Shown in pieces: positions 41,051-54,485 of a stretch of DNA of 64,000 bases. Numbering within the stretch: the stretch's first letter is position 1; the number at the start of each line of letters is the position of its first letter. Source of the stretch: Octopus sinensis (Eukaryota); NCBI RefSeq assembly GCF_006345805.1, contig NC_043022.1:9796001-9860000 (forward strand), in the 5' to 3' direction. The notes below the pieces were generated by a model that did not search any database, was not told the origin of the DNA, and was given only the letters and a program-made list of their open reading frames with translations. The position numbers and the translations under genes are program-made.

Positions 41051-41804
41051 TATCTCATTAAAAGCTGGTATGGATGGCAAATGAACCACCCTTGCTGCCA
41101 CCACCACCACCCCTATTTATGTTCGACATTCTGTGTTACTGCTATTGTCAAATTCATTGAATTGAAGAGGAAATAAATATCAAGCCTGGCTTTGGTCCAG
41201 GGCTGTTGCAGAAGATACTTACCCAAGATGCTACATCATGGGATAGAACTCAAAACCATCATCATCAACATCATCATTTAATATCTGTTCTTAATGTTGG
41301 CATGGAGCTGGTCAGCTGGAGAGCTGCACCAGGCTCCAACTGTCTGGTTAGCATGGTTTCTATGACTGGATACCCTTCCTAATATCAACCACTTTACAGA
41401 GGGTGCCGGGCACTTTTTATGCGACACTATGACCCCTGCGTTTTATCTAGTACCAGCACCACTGTTATTTACGTGGTACAATGAGCTTCTTAACCACACA
41501 ACCATGTCTGCACCTATTATTCATAGAAATGTTTAAATTCGAAATTTCTAATGGATAAAGTAGTGTTGTAGAGTGATTGGTGCCAGGAGACAGAGAGTGG
41601 TAAAAGAAATTGGTGAGGTGTGGTATGAGGAGTTTGTGAGCTGTATGATGAGGGAAGGAGTGAAAGGGAAGTTGGCAAAAAGCTTGTAGTGATGTCTCAG
41701 TTAGTTAAAAAGGAAGGGAGGGAGGGAGGTGGTGAAGTCTGGATCAAGTGATGTAGAAGCTAGAATGTGAGTTTGGATATGGACAGAAAGATGAATACAT
41801 AATA

Positions 41805-43010
41805 ATCCTTTCTACTGTAGGCACAAGGCCTGAAATTTTTTTTTTGTTGGGGGTAGTAAGTCGGTCACACTGACCCCAGTACTTGACTGGTACTTAATTT
41901 ATCGACCCCGAAAGGATGAAAGGCTAAGTCGACCTGAGTGAAATTTGAATTCAGAAGAATAATAATGGTTTCGTTATTTGGCACTAGGCCAACAGTTTTG
42001 GAGGAGAGAGTGAGGTGATTACATTGACTCAATGTTCAACTGGTACTTATTTTATTGATCTCGAAAGGATGAAAGGAAAAGTTGACCTCAGCAGAATTTG
42101 AACTCAGAATGTAAAGACAGATGAAATTCTGCTAAGCATTTCACCCAGCATAATAACTTTGCCTGCTCATCACCTTAAGATGTGTACATAATAATTATTT
42201 CAAATTTTTTCCACAAGGGTAGCTTGGGGGAGGTGGGGATGAGTTGATTACATCAACCCCAGTGTTCAACTGGTACTTATTTTATTGACCCCGAAAGGAC
42301 AAAAGGGAAAGTCGATCTTGGCAGGATTTGAACTCAGAACGTAGCAATGGGCGAAATACCGCTAAGCATTTTGTCCTGTATGTTAGCGATTCTTTTCTAC
42401 TCTAGGCACAAGGCCCGAAATTTTGGGGGAGGGGGCCAGCTGATTAGATTGACCCCAGTACACAACTAGTGCTTAATTTGACCTTGGTAGAATTTGAACT
42501 CAGAACGTAGTGACGGGCAAAATACCGCTAAGCATTTTGTCCTGTGTGCTAGCAATTCTTTTCTACTCTAGGCACAAGGCTCGAAATTTTGGGGGAGGGG
42601 GCCAGTCGATTAGATTGACCCCAGTACACAACTGGTACTTGATTTATCAACCCTGATAGGATGAAAGGCAAAATCGACCTTGGTGGAATTTGAACTCAGA
42701 ACGTAGTAACGGGCAAAATACTGCTAAGCATTTCATCCAGCATGCTAACAATTCTGCCAACTCACCGCCTTAGATGTATACATAATAATGATTTTGAATG
42801 TTTGCACAAGGCCAGTAATTTCAGTGAAGGAAATAAGTCGATTACATTGACCTCAGTATTCATCTGGTACTTATTTCATTGACCTTGAAAGGATGAAAGG
42901 AAAAGTTGGCCTTGGTGGAATTTGAACTCAGAATGTAAAGATGGACGAAATACTGCTAGGCGTTTTGCCCAGCCTGCTAATGACTCGACCAGCTCACAGA
43001 CTTAGATGCT
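41805..43010 (-). mobile_element. Cluster of ~6 tandem degenerate SINE A units
   Basis: Repeated GAATTTGAACTCAGAA cores; 42395-42540 is duplicated at 42560-42700. Confidence 0.8.
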
Positions 43011-43365
43011 TACATAAGAATACTAACACACACAGTAACACATAAATACAACATGATGGAAGGAGAAAAATTACTGGTTTGGACAGGTGGCAGTGGAATG
43101 AAATCTGTCAGGAGTGGTCTGAATGTAAATTGCAGAGGGGTGGTAGAGAATGTAGAGAATGAAGGCTTTTGTAAAGAGCAATAGGAATTATAATTGCAGA
43201 ATTGTCTGGAGATGGGGATGGGTATGATTCTGTTGTGGATTGGGTAAGTTGTGGGAAGGGGAATACTGAACTGAACATAGAAATCTACTTATATTTGGTG
43301 GAAAAATATCAGGAACAAAAAAGCAAACATTGGAAAGAAGGAAAGAAAAAAAGAAGAAAAACAGT

Positions 43366-43525
43366 GCAGGTATGGCTGTGTGGTTAAGGAGCTTGCTTTG
43401 CAACCATGTGGTTTTGGGTTCAGTCCCACAGTGCAGCACCTTGGGCAAGTGTCTTCTACTACAGCTCTGGGTCAGCCAGTGCCTTGTAAGTGAATTTGGC
43501 TATTGGAAACTGTGTCGAAGCTCAT
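43366..43525 (+). mobile_element. SINE family B head
   Basis: GCAGGTATGGCTGTGTGGTTAAG...GGGTTCAGTCCC. Confidence 0.7.
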
Positions 43526-43729
43526 CGTATCATCATCATCATCATCATCCTAATTTAATGTCTGTTTTCCATGCTGGCATGGGTTGGACAGTTTGACAGG
43601 AGCTGGCCAGCTGAAGAGCCGCCCAGGCATCCTGTCTGTTTTGACATACTTTCTAAGGCTGGACGACCATCCTAATGCCAACCACTTTACAGGGTGCATT
43701 TATGTGGCACTGGTATGGGTGCTTTTTAA

Positions 43730-43962
43730 GGTGGCGAGCTGGCAGAAACATTAGCACGTTGGGTGAAATGCTTAGCAGTATTTCGTCTGCTGCTACTATC
43801 TGAGTTCAAATTCCGCCGAGGTAGACTTTGCCTTTCATCCTTTTGGGGTCGATAAATTAAGTACCAGTTACGCACTGGGGTCGATATAATCGACTTAATC
43901 CATTTGTCTGTCCTTGTTTGTCCTCTCTGTGTTTAGCCACTTGTGGGTAGTAAAGAAATAGG
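43730..43962 (+). mobile_element. SINE family A, full length
   Basis: AAGGTGGCGAGCTGGCAGAA...GAGTTCAAATTCC...GTAAAGAAATAG. Confidence 0.85.
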
Positions 43963-45029
43963 TATGGGTGCTTTTTATGTGGCCTCTTCACCCACAAGGT
44001 TAGGAAAGCTCAGCTGGAGAGGGATGCAGGGGACAGCCTGAATGCAAGGACAACCATACTCTTACTTAGCCTGACGTGCCTATATACATATATATTGGCA
44101 TATAAACTTTACTATTCGGTACTATTACTCTTTATCTCTTGCTCAGAGATTTAAAGCAAGTTGTTTTTCTTAAAGAATATATAGTATTTGTGAGTGGAGA
44201 GAGCTTTTGTCACTAGCCTGTGGTTGTCTCACACTGAGGACGAGTAACCACCCAGAAACCACATAAGGCTAGAAATGGGACCAATGATCTCCCTTGCAAA
44301 CGGACACAAACTGTGTGTTGATAGCCAGCTGGACAAGATGTTTTCATGGGGCTAAAACAACAGTAACATCATCCTTTAGAGGACTGCCACATTCTGTTGT
44401 CTACATAGACATATGTTATTATGTATTTATCTAATGCCATTGATATATGGTTCGTGTATATAGGAATGTACATGCATATATGTATACGTTTGTATATGTA
44501 TGTGTATATATATATATATATATATATGTGTTTGTGTATATGTGTGTATATGTGTATAGGTATGGATTTATGTATATATGTGTGTATATGTATGTATAGA
44601 TGAGAAGAAATAAAGCTTAAAGGTGTGTAAATTGATATATCTATTTACATGCCTTTAAACTTTATTTCCTCCAATATATCGCACTATATTTTTCCACTCT
44701 TAATTTTCTGTTCATTTCTTTCTTTCTTTCTTTCTCCTCCTCCTCTTTCTCTAAATTGCCTTTGATGTTAAATCTATTAACGGTTTTTTAAAAGCTAACT
44801 TGCCAGCATTACCTTCATCATATACACGGTAATCACATTTGGTTAAAATGGTTTATTGATGTGTTTTGTTTCTCTTTTTCTTCCTGACAAGATGATTACA
44901 TTGTTTTACATCATTTTATTCCCCCAGGAATAATACCTTTTTTTATTTTTTGAAACATATGTTGGAAGTATAAAGATTTGAATAACACCTGTATTTAACT
45001 CCATTTCTTAATTTGTCTATATGTATGTG

Positions 45030-45087
<58 letters not shown>

Positions 45088-45218
45088 GATAGATAGATAT
45101 GTACAAGTATGTGTGTACATGTATTTACATGTATGTATTTGTATAGCTATGTAAATTTATATGTATATGTACACATATGCCTATGGTGGTTTCTATATTA
45201 ATATGTATGTATGTGTGT

Positions 45219-45273
<55 letters not shown>

Positions 45274-45686
45274 ATATATACACATACATATGTGTATCTA
45301 TGATAATAAAATAGTTTCATTTGACTCACTAAATAAATTTAATAACCAAAGTAATAATTATTATAGTGTTGTATAGTTTATAAATTGTATTCTTATTACA
45401 ACAATGTTGTTTGTTACTTCTGGAAGTATTGATAGAGTTTGGATATGCACCATATGTGATCCTTCATCTTGTAAATAATAATAATATAGATTAGTTCATT
45501 GAGAACTGTGCTTGTTTGCTTTGTATTGATGATTTCTATCAATTCACTAAATTCTCCCTTCCATGGTGTGCAAATAACAATCATTATTTACGTAACTTCA
45601 AATCTGGTTACCCCTAATCTGGTTACCCATTGCTGTAGCCTAATATATATATGTATATATATATATATATATATTTAAAATACATG

Positions 45687-45719
<33 letters not shown>

Positions 45720-45725
<6 letters not shown>

Positions 45726-45889
45726 ATAACTAATTTAGAGATGAACCACCATTTCACAACTCAGTCAATGAAGAACCTGTCCAAAACCATGCTGTGAGAC
45801 ATATACCATACAAAATACTAGGTTTTGGACGTGTTCTTCATTGACTGAGTTGTGAAATGGTGGTTCGTCTCTAAATTAGTTATATACAT
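45720..45889. repeat. Fold-back: 69-bp inverted arms, 32-bp spacer
   Basis: 45720-45788 versus the reverse complement of 45821-45889: 66/69 identical. Confidence 0.9.
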
Positions 45890-46001
45890 ATTTATATATT
45901 ATAAATTACGAAATTCGGTCTAATATTATCATACTGAATTTTACCTGTAAGGTTGGAATAATAATTTATTCTCTAATATTATTATTATTATATATACATA
46001 C

Positions 46002-46037
<36 letters not shown>

Positions 46038-46989
46038 GGCATATTTTGGTTATCCCATTTACAGTCTTAAGTCTATATTGGCAATAAATATATTACCAGT
46101 GTGGCCTAGCGTGTAAAATTTAGTCAATAGACTATATATTATTCATATAAATACAGTGTACATTTAAACACTTAAGAGGCATCCATCATAGGACTCCTTG
46201 CATGCTAGAGAGAACAGTTAAATTCCAAACAACTATTAGGGATAAAATTTTGAAGGGAATGAAAAATAAAACCATTTACCATCTTTACCATTTTTACACA
46301 CTAGGCCACTGGTAATGGAAATTTCTAATATTTCTGATTACCCTACTAATTTATAGGTAGGAGAAGACTTAGATACTTAATTATATGCATTTATATACAC
46401 ACATATCTTATTGTTGCATGTTGTGATGACAAGTGATTATCTTGGACATGAAAGGGTTTCAATTGGTATGTGTTTGAGATGTAATGAAGTGAATTTCAAT
46501 GGTTGTGGATTGCATTTACTTGATTGTATCATCCATTAAAGTGTTTTTGTTGTTTTTTAATCGTAATTGGTGTATGATTAAATAGTTGACGCACATGCCC
46601 ATAACACAGACACTTGAATTAATTTTTACAATGGAATTTCATATTTTTCTAAAGCCAAGACCCTGAAGTGACTTTATATATAATGGCACTGTGATTATGT
46701 ATATCAGAAAAAATATATATAAGTCGAAACAATTTGTTGGCCTTTTATAGATTTTATAATTAATTATTTATGTTATATAATATTATGTTCTGTTACGTTA
46801 TATTCATAGTATTTAATGTAATATTGTAATATAAATAAATTATTGGATTGTCAATAGAATATCTCTAGATTTAATTTATCTTTATATATATATAAACGCA
46901 AAAAAGAACAAACACACAAAAAAAAACAATATGCGGACATATTGCATGTAATGTATTAGCGGATGCTTAGGAAAGGAAAGAAAGATGGT

Positions 46990-47030
46990 TTAATGTTTCG
47001 AGCAGACGCTCTTCTTCAGAAACACAGGAA
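46990..47030 (-). ncRNA. Decayed minimal hammerhead-ribozyme motif (Penelope-like)
   Basis: CTGAAGA-A-GAGC-gtct-GCTC-GAAAC on the minus strand. Confidence 0.45.
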
Positions 47031-47224
47031 AATCCAAATGGGAAGACAGAGGAAGAAAATCGCCAACAGCTTACATGTGGCTACATTTTGAAATGACTGG
47101 CAGGGTTAGAGCAATCCTCAGCTGCATAAAGATATAGAATTTAATTAAATTCTCCAAGAAGGTAAGGAGATAGACAAAGAACATGCTGTCTTCACTTCAG
47201 CTTAGAATACAATATATATACACC

Positions 47225-48345
47225 ATCATCGTTTAATGTCTGTTTTCCATGCTAACATGGGTTGGATGATTTGACTGAGATCTGGCGAACCAGATGGCTG
47301 CACCAGGCTCCAGTCTTGATCTGGCAGAGTTTCTACAGCTGGATGCCCTTCCTAACGCCAACCACTCCGAGAGTGTAGTGGGTGCTTTTACGTGCCACTG
47401 GCATGAGGGCCAGTCAGGCGCTACTGGCAACGGCCATGCTCAAATGGCGTTTTTTATGTGCCACCTGCACAGGAGCCAGTCCAGTGGCACTGGCAATGAC
47501 CTCGCTCAAATGTTTTTTCACGTGTCACCGGCACAAGTGCCAGTAAAGCGATGCTGGTAATGATCATGCTCAAATGGTGCTTTTTACGTGCCACCGGCAG
47601 GGAAGCCAGTTAGCCGCTCTGGCAACGATCACGCTCGGATGGTGCTCTTAGCACTCCACTAGCACGGATGCCAGTCATTGAATTTGATTTTGATTTCACT
47701 TCCCTCAACAGGTATTTACAAGCAGAATTTAGTGTCCAATGAAGGAAAGGTATGCATAAGTGGGCTGGTTACACCCCTGGCATAGGCCACAAGGTTCTGG
47801 TCTCATTTGGCTTGCCGGGACTTCTCAAGCACAGCATATTTCCAAAAGTCTTGGTCACTAGTCATTGCCTCGGTGAGGCCTAATGTTCAAAGGTCGTGTT
47901 TCACCACTTCATCCCAGGTCTTCCTGGGTTTACCTCTTCCACAGGTTCCCTCAACTGCTAGGGTGTGGCACTTTTTCACACAGCTATCCTCATCCATTCT
48001 CACCACATGACCATACCAGCGCAGTCGTCTCTCTTGCACCCAAACTTCTAATGCTTCTTAGGTCCAACTTTTCTCTCAAGGTACTTACACTCTGTCGAGT
48101 ATGAACACTGACATTACACATCCATCGGACCATACTGGCTTCCTTCCTTGCGAGCTTACGCATGTCCTCAGCAGTCATGGCCCATGTTTCACTGCCATGT
48201 AGCATGGCTGTTCATACACATGCATCATACAGTCTACCTTTTACTCTGAGCAAGAGGCCCTTTGTCACCAGCAGAGGTAAGAGCTGTCCGAACTTTGCCC
48301 AGGCTATTCTTATTCTAGCAGCTACACTCTCAGCGCACCCTCCCC
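47225..48345 (-). mobile_element. RTE-clade LINE 3' fragment with UTR
   Basis: MLHGSETWAMT...MVRWMCNVSV...LREKL; 3' UTR family also at 41265-41460 and 43530-43720. Confidence 0.75.
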
Positions 48346-48676
48346 CGCTACTGACATATTAATAAGAAGGATTAAACAATATATGAATTCGAGTAATCCA
48401 GTTGTACTCATAAAAAAAGCTCCTTAATGTTTTATCTTACAAAACCTATAGAATATATAATACAAGTGAGAAAGATTATATCAAATCATAAATGACAGAG
48501 AAATAGCTTGAGAAATTTTATTTAAAAATATGAAAATCCAAATATCACGACAGGTTGTTTTGTAACTTAAGAACATGTAAATAATTTATATTATTATATT
48601 TAATAATAAATAAATTACTTGTATTAATATCTGCATTAATACAAAATTACATTACAAGGATGTTTGCAAAAGGGAC

Positions 48677-48940
48677 ATGAAGGCCTGCAACATCAATATT
48701 AGCAACTGGGAAGCAGCTGCCAGCAACCGTGGAGATTGGCGACGTACCGTAAAAGAAGGAACACAAAGGAGTGACAGAGAGAGAGAGGAGAAATGGAAAG
48801 ACAAGAAAAGACGTCAACAAGAAACTATGCCATTACAACCAGCCAGGAACAGTCTTTGCTACATTTGCGGCACCTGCCTGAGGGAGTGTTTCTCCAGGAT
48901 AGGACTACACAGCCACAGCAGGAAATATATTAGGACATGA
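48677..48940 (+). mobile_element. RTE-clade LINE C-terminus with C2H2-like finger
   Basis: WEAAASNRGDWRRTV...YICGTCLRECFSRIGLHSHSR. Confidence 0.75.
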
Positions 48941-49549
48941 AATGTAAAAGCTGGACTAGACTATTTTATGCCAACCAACCAACCAATACAAAATGTAAAA
49001 AACTTTCAAAATAATGCAGAATTTAAGCTATGTCCTCAGGTGAAAAAATGTCTTTGTTAAATATTAAATTCTTCTTGCAATGTTTCAAGAACACAAAGTC
49101 AATATTTAAAAGATTACGGAAGACAATAATAATAAAATCGACATAGAATAAGCTGGCTGCCTAATTAATAGAAGGGAATTTTAGTAATATAATTTTTAAC
49201 TAGTAGATATTATTTGTACAATAAAAGAAGAGAGGTATATTTATACCACCATAATTTCATTATTATCTTTTCCAACTTTGTCCCCCATTTTTCAATCTTC
49301 TCAGCCCCTTTCTCCAATGAGAAACACTGACCTGGGACCAGTAATGAGGGTAACCCCTACATATATCTTAGATTGCCTTCACTGTCAAAGGGAAGTGCTA
49401 ATAGCCTAAACGAATAGGTTGTAATGTAGGATAAGATTAATATAATTTTGTATTATTGATTGGGATAGATTAAAACATATAAGGAAAGTATCTGGAAAAA
49501 CAATATTAATATGCATTCATTGAATATTGTTTAAAATACATAATTATAC

Positions 49550-49810
49550 ATTATTTACATTTGACGGATATTTGTCCTCATCTTGTTTGTTGTTAACATG
49601 TTTTGGCTGATATACCCTCCAGCCTTCATCAGGTGTCTTGGGGGAATTTCGAACCTGGGTTCTCATTTCTAAGGTATTTTTCGATGTTATTATTATTATT
49701 ATTATTATCATTATTCAGGTCACTGCCTGGAATCGAACATGGAATCTTGGGGTTGGTAGCCTATGCTCTTAACCACTATGCCATGTGCCCATGGGCATAA
49801 CTGTAAATGA
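49550..49810 (-). mobile_element. Penelope-like LTR fragment with decayed hammerhead core
   Basis: CTGATGA-A-GGCTG-10nt-CAGCC-AAAA at 49601-49632 on the minus strand. Confidence 0.45.
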
Positions 49811-50145
49811 TGTACATAATTCCTCATCTCTTAAATATAGAACTGTACATAATTATAGTTAGAATACAGGTAGATACACTAAAAGATGTTTTTATACTTG
49901 AATATTGTATAAAAGGGCCAGCCTTGTCAGCAGCCCATATACCTATGTCATGCTCACCACTCTTACTCATCTTTCAATGTATGTTCTCTCCATCTTGAAC
50001 TTTCTCAAAGAAGTTCAGAAGATCTTGGCTGAAGAAGTAAGCCTTTCCTAAATTCCCTATTTTCTCTTTCCCACACCTCTACAACCTCTATCACTTTCAC
50101 TTTCACTTTAGTCACTGTTTTGAAGAAAACTGCCTGTTTCTGTCA

Positions 50146-50346
50146 CCCTTTAGCATTCAGATTACTCTGTCAAATGTAATGCTTATTTATTCACATTTTG
50201 GATTAATCATGCATTATCTTGTAGCTTCAAGATTTCAATGATATGATTGTTTATTTTAGAATGGCATTGTAGGGTTGATGTGAAAGGCCAGGTCTGGTTA
50301 GTTCAAGCATAAAACAGCTAGAATATGCCCAGTTTGAATGCTAAAG
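50146..50346. mobile_element. piggyBac-like MITE
   Basis: TIRs CTTTAGCATTCA / TGAATGCTAAAG; TTAA target decayed. Confidence 0.5.
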
Positions 50347-50454
50347 AATGAAAAAGAAAGGCAGCGGATAAACTTCTCATTGAACTCAGATGATGGTTGG
50401 ATCTGCCCCACTACACAAAACAGGTGTTTGTCATGATACCACAAGTTACACAAG

Positions 50455-50687
50455 AAGGCGGCGAGCTGGCAGAAACGTTAGCACGCCAGGCGAAATACTT
50501 AGTGGTATTTCGTCTGCCGTTACGTTCTCAGTTCAAATTCCGCCGAGGTCGACTTTGCCTTTCATCCTTTCGGGGTAGATAAATTAAGTACCAGTTATGC
50601 TCTAGGGTCAATGTAATCGACTTAATCCATTTGTCTGTCCTTGTTTGTCCCCTCTATATTTAGCCCCTTGTGGGCAATAAAGAAATA
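50455..50687 (+). mobile_element. SINE family A, full length
   Basis: AAGGCGGCGAGCTGGCAGAA head through AATAAAGAAAT tail. Confidence 0.85.
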
Positions 50688-51665
50688 TGATACCACAAGT
50701 TCTCTGTGTTGAGATAGTGAATAACTGTGGTCCCTGCACATCTTGGACAGGGTCCAGCTGACAGCACTTGTGTGCTTGTTGATTATATTCTAAACTGTTA
50801 ATGTCCCATTTCTACCTCAAATTTGTGACCACTTGAATATTCTCTAGTTTAGTTGACCCTCGTAACACCTAAAACACTCTCAGGGCATTGTTGTTCTTGC
50901 TCACCATAAACCTTCTAAAGCAGAGATTAGTAACATCATTTTATAATGGCTGGCATTTGAGTTTTCTTTTTACAATTATCCATGGCCCATGTGTGTGTTT
51001 GTGTTTGTGTTTGTTGTCCACCACCACTTGACAACTGGTGTTGGTATGTTTACATCCCCATAAGTTAGTGGTTTGGTAAAAGAGACTGACAGAATAAGTA
51101 CCAGGTTTAAAAATATAAACATACAGGGTTTAATTCATTTGACTAAAAATTCTTCGAGGCAGTGCCTCAGCATGGCCAAGTAAACGGATAAGCAAATAAA
51201 CAAATCTGATAAAACAGCAAACACTACCAACAGCACAACAAAGTTATTAACGAGCTTCTTACCTCAGTCCAGTAAAGTAGTTCATCACGAGAAATAGACC
51301 TGTTGTAAGGGAACCATTTTATTTTGAATGAACTCAAGTTTCGTTCAATTGTGTCGAGAGACAAAGTTACTTTCTTCTGTTGTCTCAACAAGTAAAAATG
51401 TGGTCTATCATTATTATTATTATTATTATTGTTGTTATTGTTATTATTATTATTTGTGTTATTATTATTATTGTTGTTACTACTACCACTACTATTATTT
51501 GTATTATTATTATTATTATTATTTGTAGTTGTGGTTGTAGCTGCAGTTGGTGTATCGGTTGGTGTAGTAGAGGTATTGTTCTTTGCGTTAGATTGACTGG
51601 AGTTACCCTGTGCCATACTTCTAGAAGTGTTCATTTGTCAAAGCCTTGTGTTTTTCTCCCAGCAT

Positions 51666-52335
51666 AAATTAAGTCCTTTGTTCTAGCAGGGTTCAGCTGT
51701 TAAAGCCATGCTTTTAGCAGAGCTTGCAAATTAAATCCTTGCTTCTAGCAAGGCTCAGCTGTTAAATCCCTGTTTCTAATAGGGATCATAAATCCTTTGC
51801 TTTCACAGGGCTCACAAATTCTTGCTTCTAGCAGGGCACACAAATTAAATCTTTCATTCTAGCAGGGGTCAGCTGCTAAGTCCTTGCTTCTAGTAGGGCA
51901 TGCAAATTAAATCCTTACTTTTAGCAGGGCTCAGCAGTTAAATATCCTTGCTTCTAATAGGAATCATGAACTAAATCCTTTGCCCTCACAGGGCTCACAG
52001 ATTCTTGCTTCTAGTAGAGCACACAAATTAAATCCTTGCTTCTTGGAGGGCTCACAAAATTAGATCCTTGTTTTTTGCAGGGCTCATAAATCCTTGTTTC
52101 TAACAGAGTTCGCAAATTAGATCCTTGTTTTTAGCAAGGCTCCTAAATCCCTGTTTCTACTGGGAATGCAAATTAGATCTTTACCTCAAGTAGGGCTCAT
52201 CTGTTAAATTCTTTCTTCTAGCAGGGTACACAAATATTGGATCCTTGCTTCTAGCAGGTCTCATCTGTTAAATTTTTGCTTTTGGTAGGGCATGCAAATA
52301 AATCCTTGCTTCTAGCAGAGTTCACCTCTTAATTC
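51666..52335. repeat. Degenerate minisatellite, ~22 units of 25-37 bp, core AAATCCTTGCTTCTAGCAGGGC
   Basis: Units delineated by eye; long and short units alternate. Confidence 0.85.
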
Positions 52336-53289
52336 TCTTTTTTTTTTCTTCTAGCAGCATCCACAAATTAAATTATCCCTTCCAACTAGGTTCAGCTGCC
52401 GAAACAAAATAGAAACTTATTATATCTTTCTCTCTCCGTGTCTGTTATTTTCTAACATTCTATTACTCTGTGTGCATGATACTGCTGTCACATTAGTTTC
52501 TTTATCATTCTCTCTCTGCATATATACCTATATATGTATATCTATTAACAGCATGAATGCATATAAATTTCCATCTATGAGTTACCAACAAGTGTAAACA
52601 CCAGTTAGCAACAAGTTCTAACTTACAAACTATTTAATATAATCTATAGAGAGAATGATTAAACAATAAATGACAAAGCACAGCATAAAAATCGATGTTC
52701 ATTCTGGTCAAACTGATATTTCTGTATTATATTTCATTATTGATCTGTACAAATGATTGATTATTAAGAAGAAAGTATATGTTGCTAATTTTGTTGTTGA
52801 TGTTGGTGTTATTTGGCTCCCACTCGTCCATGACCATCCCACCTTAGTTTCAGTCATAGTGCACATAGGTATACAATATCTAAAATGTGTTTCATGTTAC
52901 AATATGATAAGGTGTAGTTTGAGGGAGATTTGGCTGTTGTTTCTAGCAGGTCAAGTGAACTTGTAGAAGATGGCTTGCCTCGTTATTTAATATCGATAAT
53001 GATGTTATTATTATTGGTATTGTTGTTTTTGTTTAATCTTAGGTTAGGCTTGACTAAGCAGATCTATAATAATAAATTTTCCACTTTTGACCATCTCAAC
53101 CTTTTGCAAATCAGGCCGTCATTGTAAAATGTATCCTTTTATTTTTTGAAGGAGTAGAGTGTGTGATTTGAGAAAGATTTAGCTACTATTTCTAGCAGGA
53201 ACTGTGATCATGCAAAGTCTCCATGCTTGGCTCTTGAAAAGATCCGGTTGGTCTGATATGATTTGAGCCTTGATTGTCACATCCCAGGT

Positions 53290-53312
53290 TACAGTAGTAG
53301 TAGTAGTAGTAG

Positions 53313-53346
<34 letters not shown>

Positions 53347-53660
53347 ACTACTACTACTACTACTACTACTACTGGTGATGGTGGGGGTGGTGGTGGTGGT
53401 CGTGCTGCTACTACTACTACTACTACTACTAGTATTGGTGATGGTGGGGGTGGGGGTGCTACTACTACTACTACTACTACTATTACTGGTGATGGTGGGG
53501 TGCTGCTGCTGCTGCTACTACTACTACTACTGGTGATGGTGGGGGTGGTGGTGGTGGTTGTGCTGCTACTACTACTACTAGTATTGGTGATGGTGGGGGT
53601 GGGGGTGGTGCTACTACTACTACTACTACTACTACTGGTGATGGTGGGGGGGTGCTGCTG

Positions 53661-53692
<32 letters not shown>

Positions 53693-53700
53693 GCTACTGC
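53290..53700. repeat. Compound (CTA)/(GGT) higher-order repeat
   Basis: (CTA)n-GGTGATGGTGGGG blocks repeated about 6 times. Confidence 0.85.
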
Positions 53701-53994
53701 TGTTGCCAGTGCCACCGCCGCCACCACCACCACCACCAACACCACTTGAGGTGATGCTGGCAGAATCGTTAGCACACCAGACAAAATTCTTAAAGGTATT
53801 TTGTCCGTCTTAACATTCTAAGTTCAAATTCTGCTGAGACTGGCTTTGCTCTTTATTCTTTTTGAGATCGATAAAATAAGTACCATTTGAGCACTAGGGT
53901 CAATGTTATTGACTAGTCTATGGTTCCCCCAAATTTTAGGCCTTGTGCCTATTGTAAGAAAGGATTATTATTATTATTATTGATACAAATATAC

Positions 53995-54485
53995 AAAGCC
54001 CAGTATACCCATCATGACTACCCGTCTGATGAGGGTACACTAGGCACATGCATCACAACCATATGTGCACAACACATGATCTCATATCAAGATAAACAGC
54101 ACATGACCTTGCAGGTGGGGCCCAATTAGAATTTTCTTCAGTTCGAATAGCCCATTCTGCTTAAAAGGTTCCTGAATAAGGGTTGTTAAAAGAAGATGTT
54201 GAACAAAACACCCATGTTTCCAGAGGTGAATTATTCAAACCCCAAAGAATTCTTTTCAACACATGGCTATGATGCTCCCCTGCTACTTCTGCTCATGATC
54301 AGAGATGCACATATCATCAGTCACTAAGGGACATGTTCAACTGGTTAAAGTCAAACAATTAACAAGCAAATCTCTGGTATTGAGCAGAATATTTGCTGTA
54401 GCCCATCTTTTATGCCAAAACAAAACATGTACATGATAACACTTCCAACCAGAAGCCATGAGAGCCTGGTTTTGCATCAGAGTAT
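53995..54485 (-). mobile_element. Retroposon family C
   Basis: Reverse complement of the family C body. Confidence 0.75.

Noticed and set aside
44234-44260. CTGAGGA...GAAAC hammerhead-like spacing
   Set aside because: Stem II has two mismatches in five pairs; could be chance.
51666-52335. CRISPR-like appearance
   Set aside because: No unique spacers, degenerate units, no cas genes, eukaryotic context.
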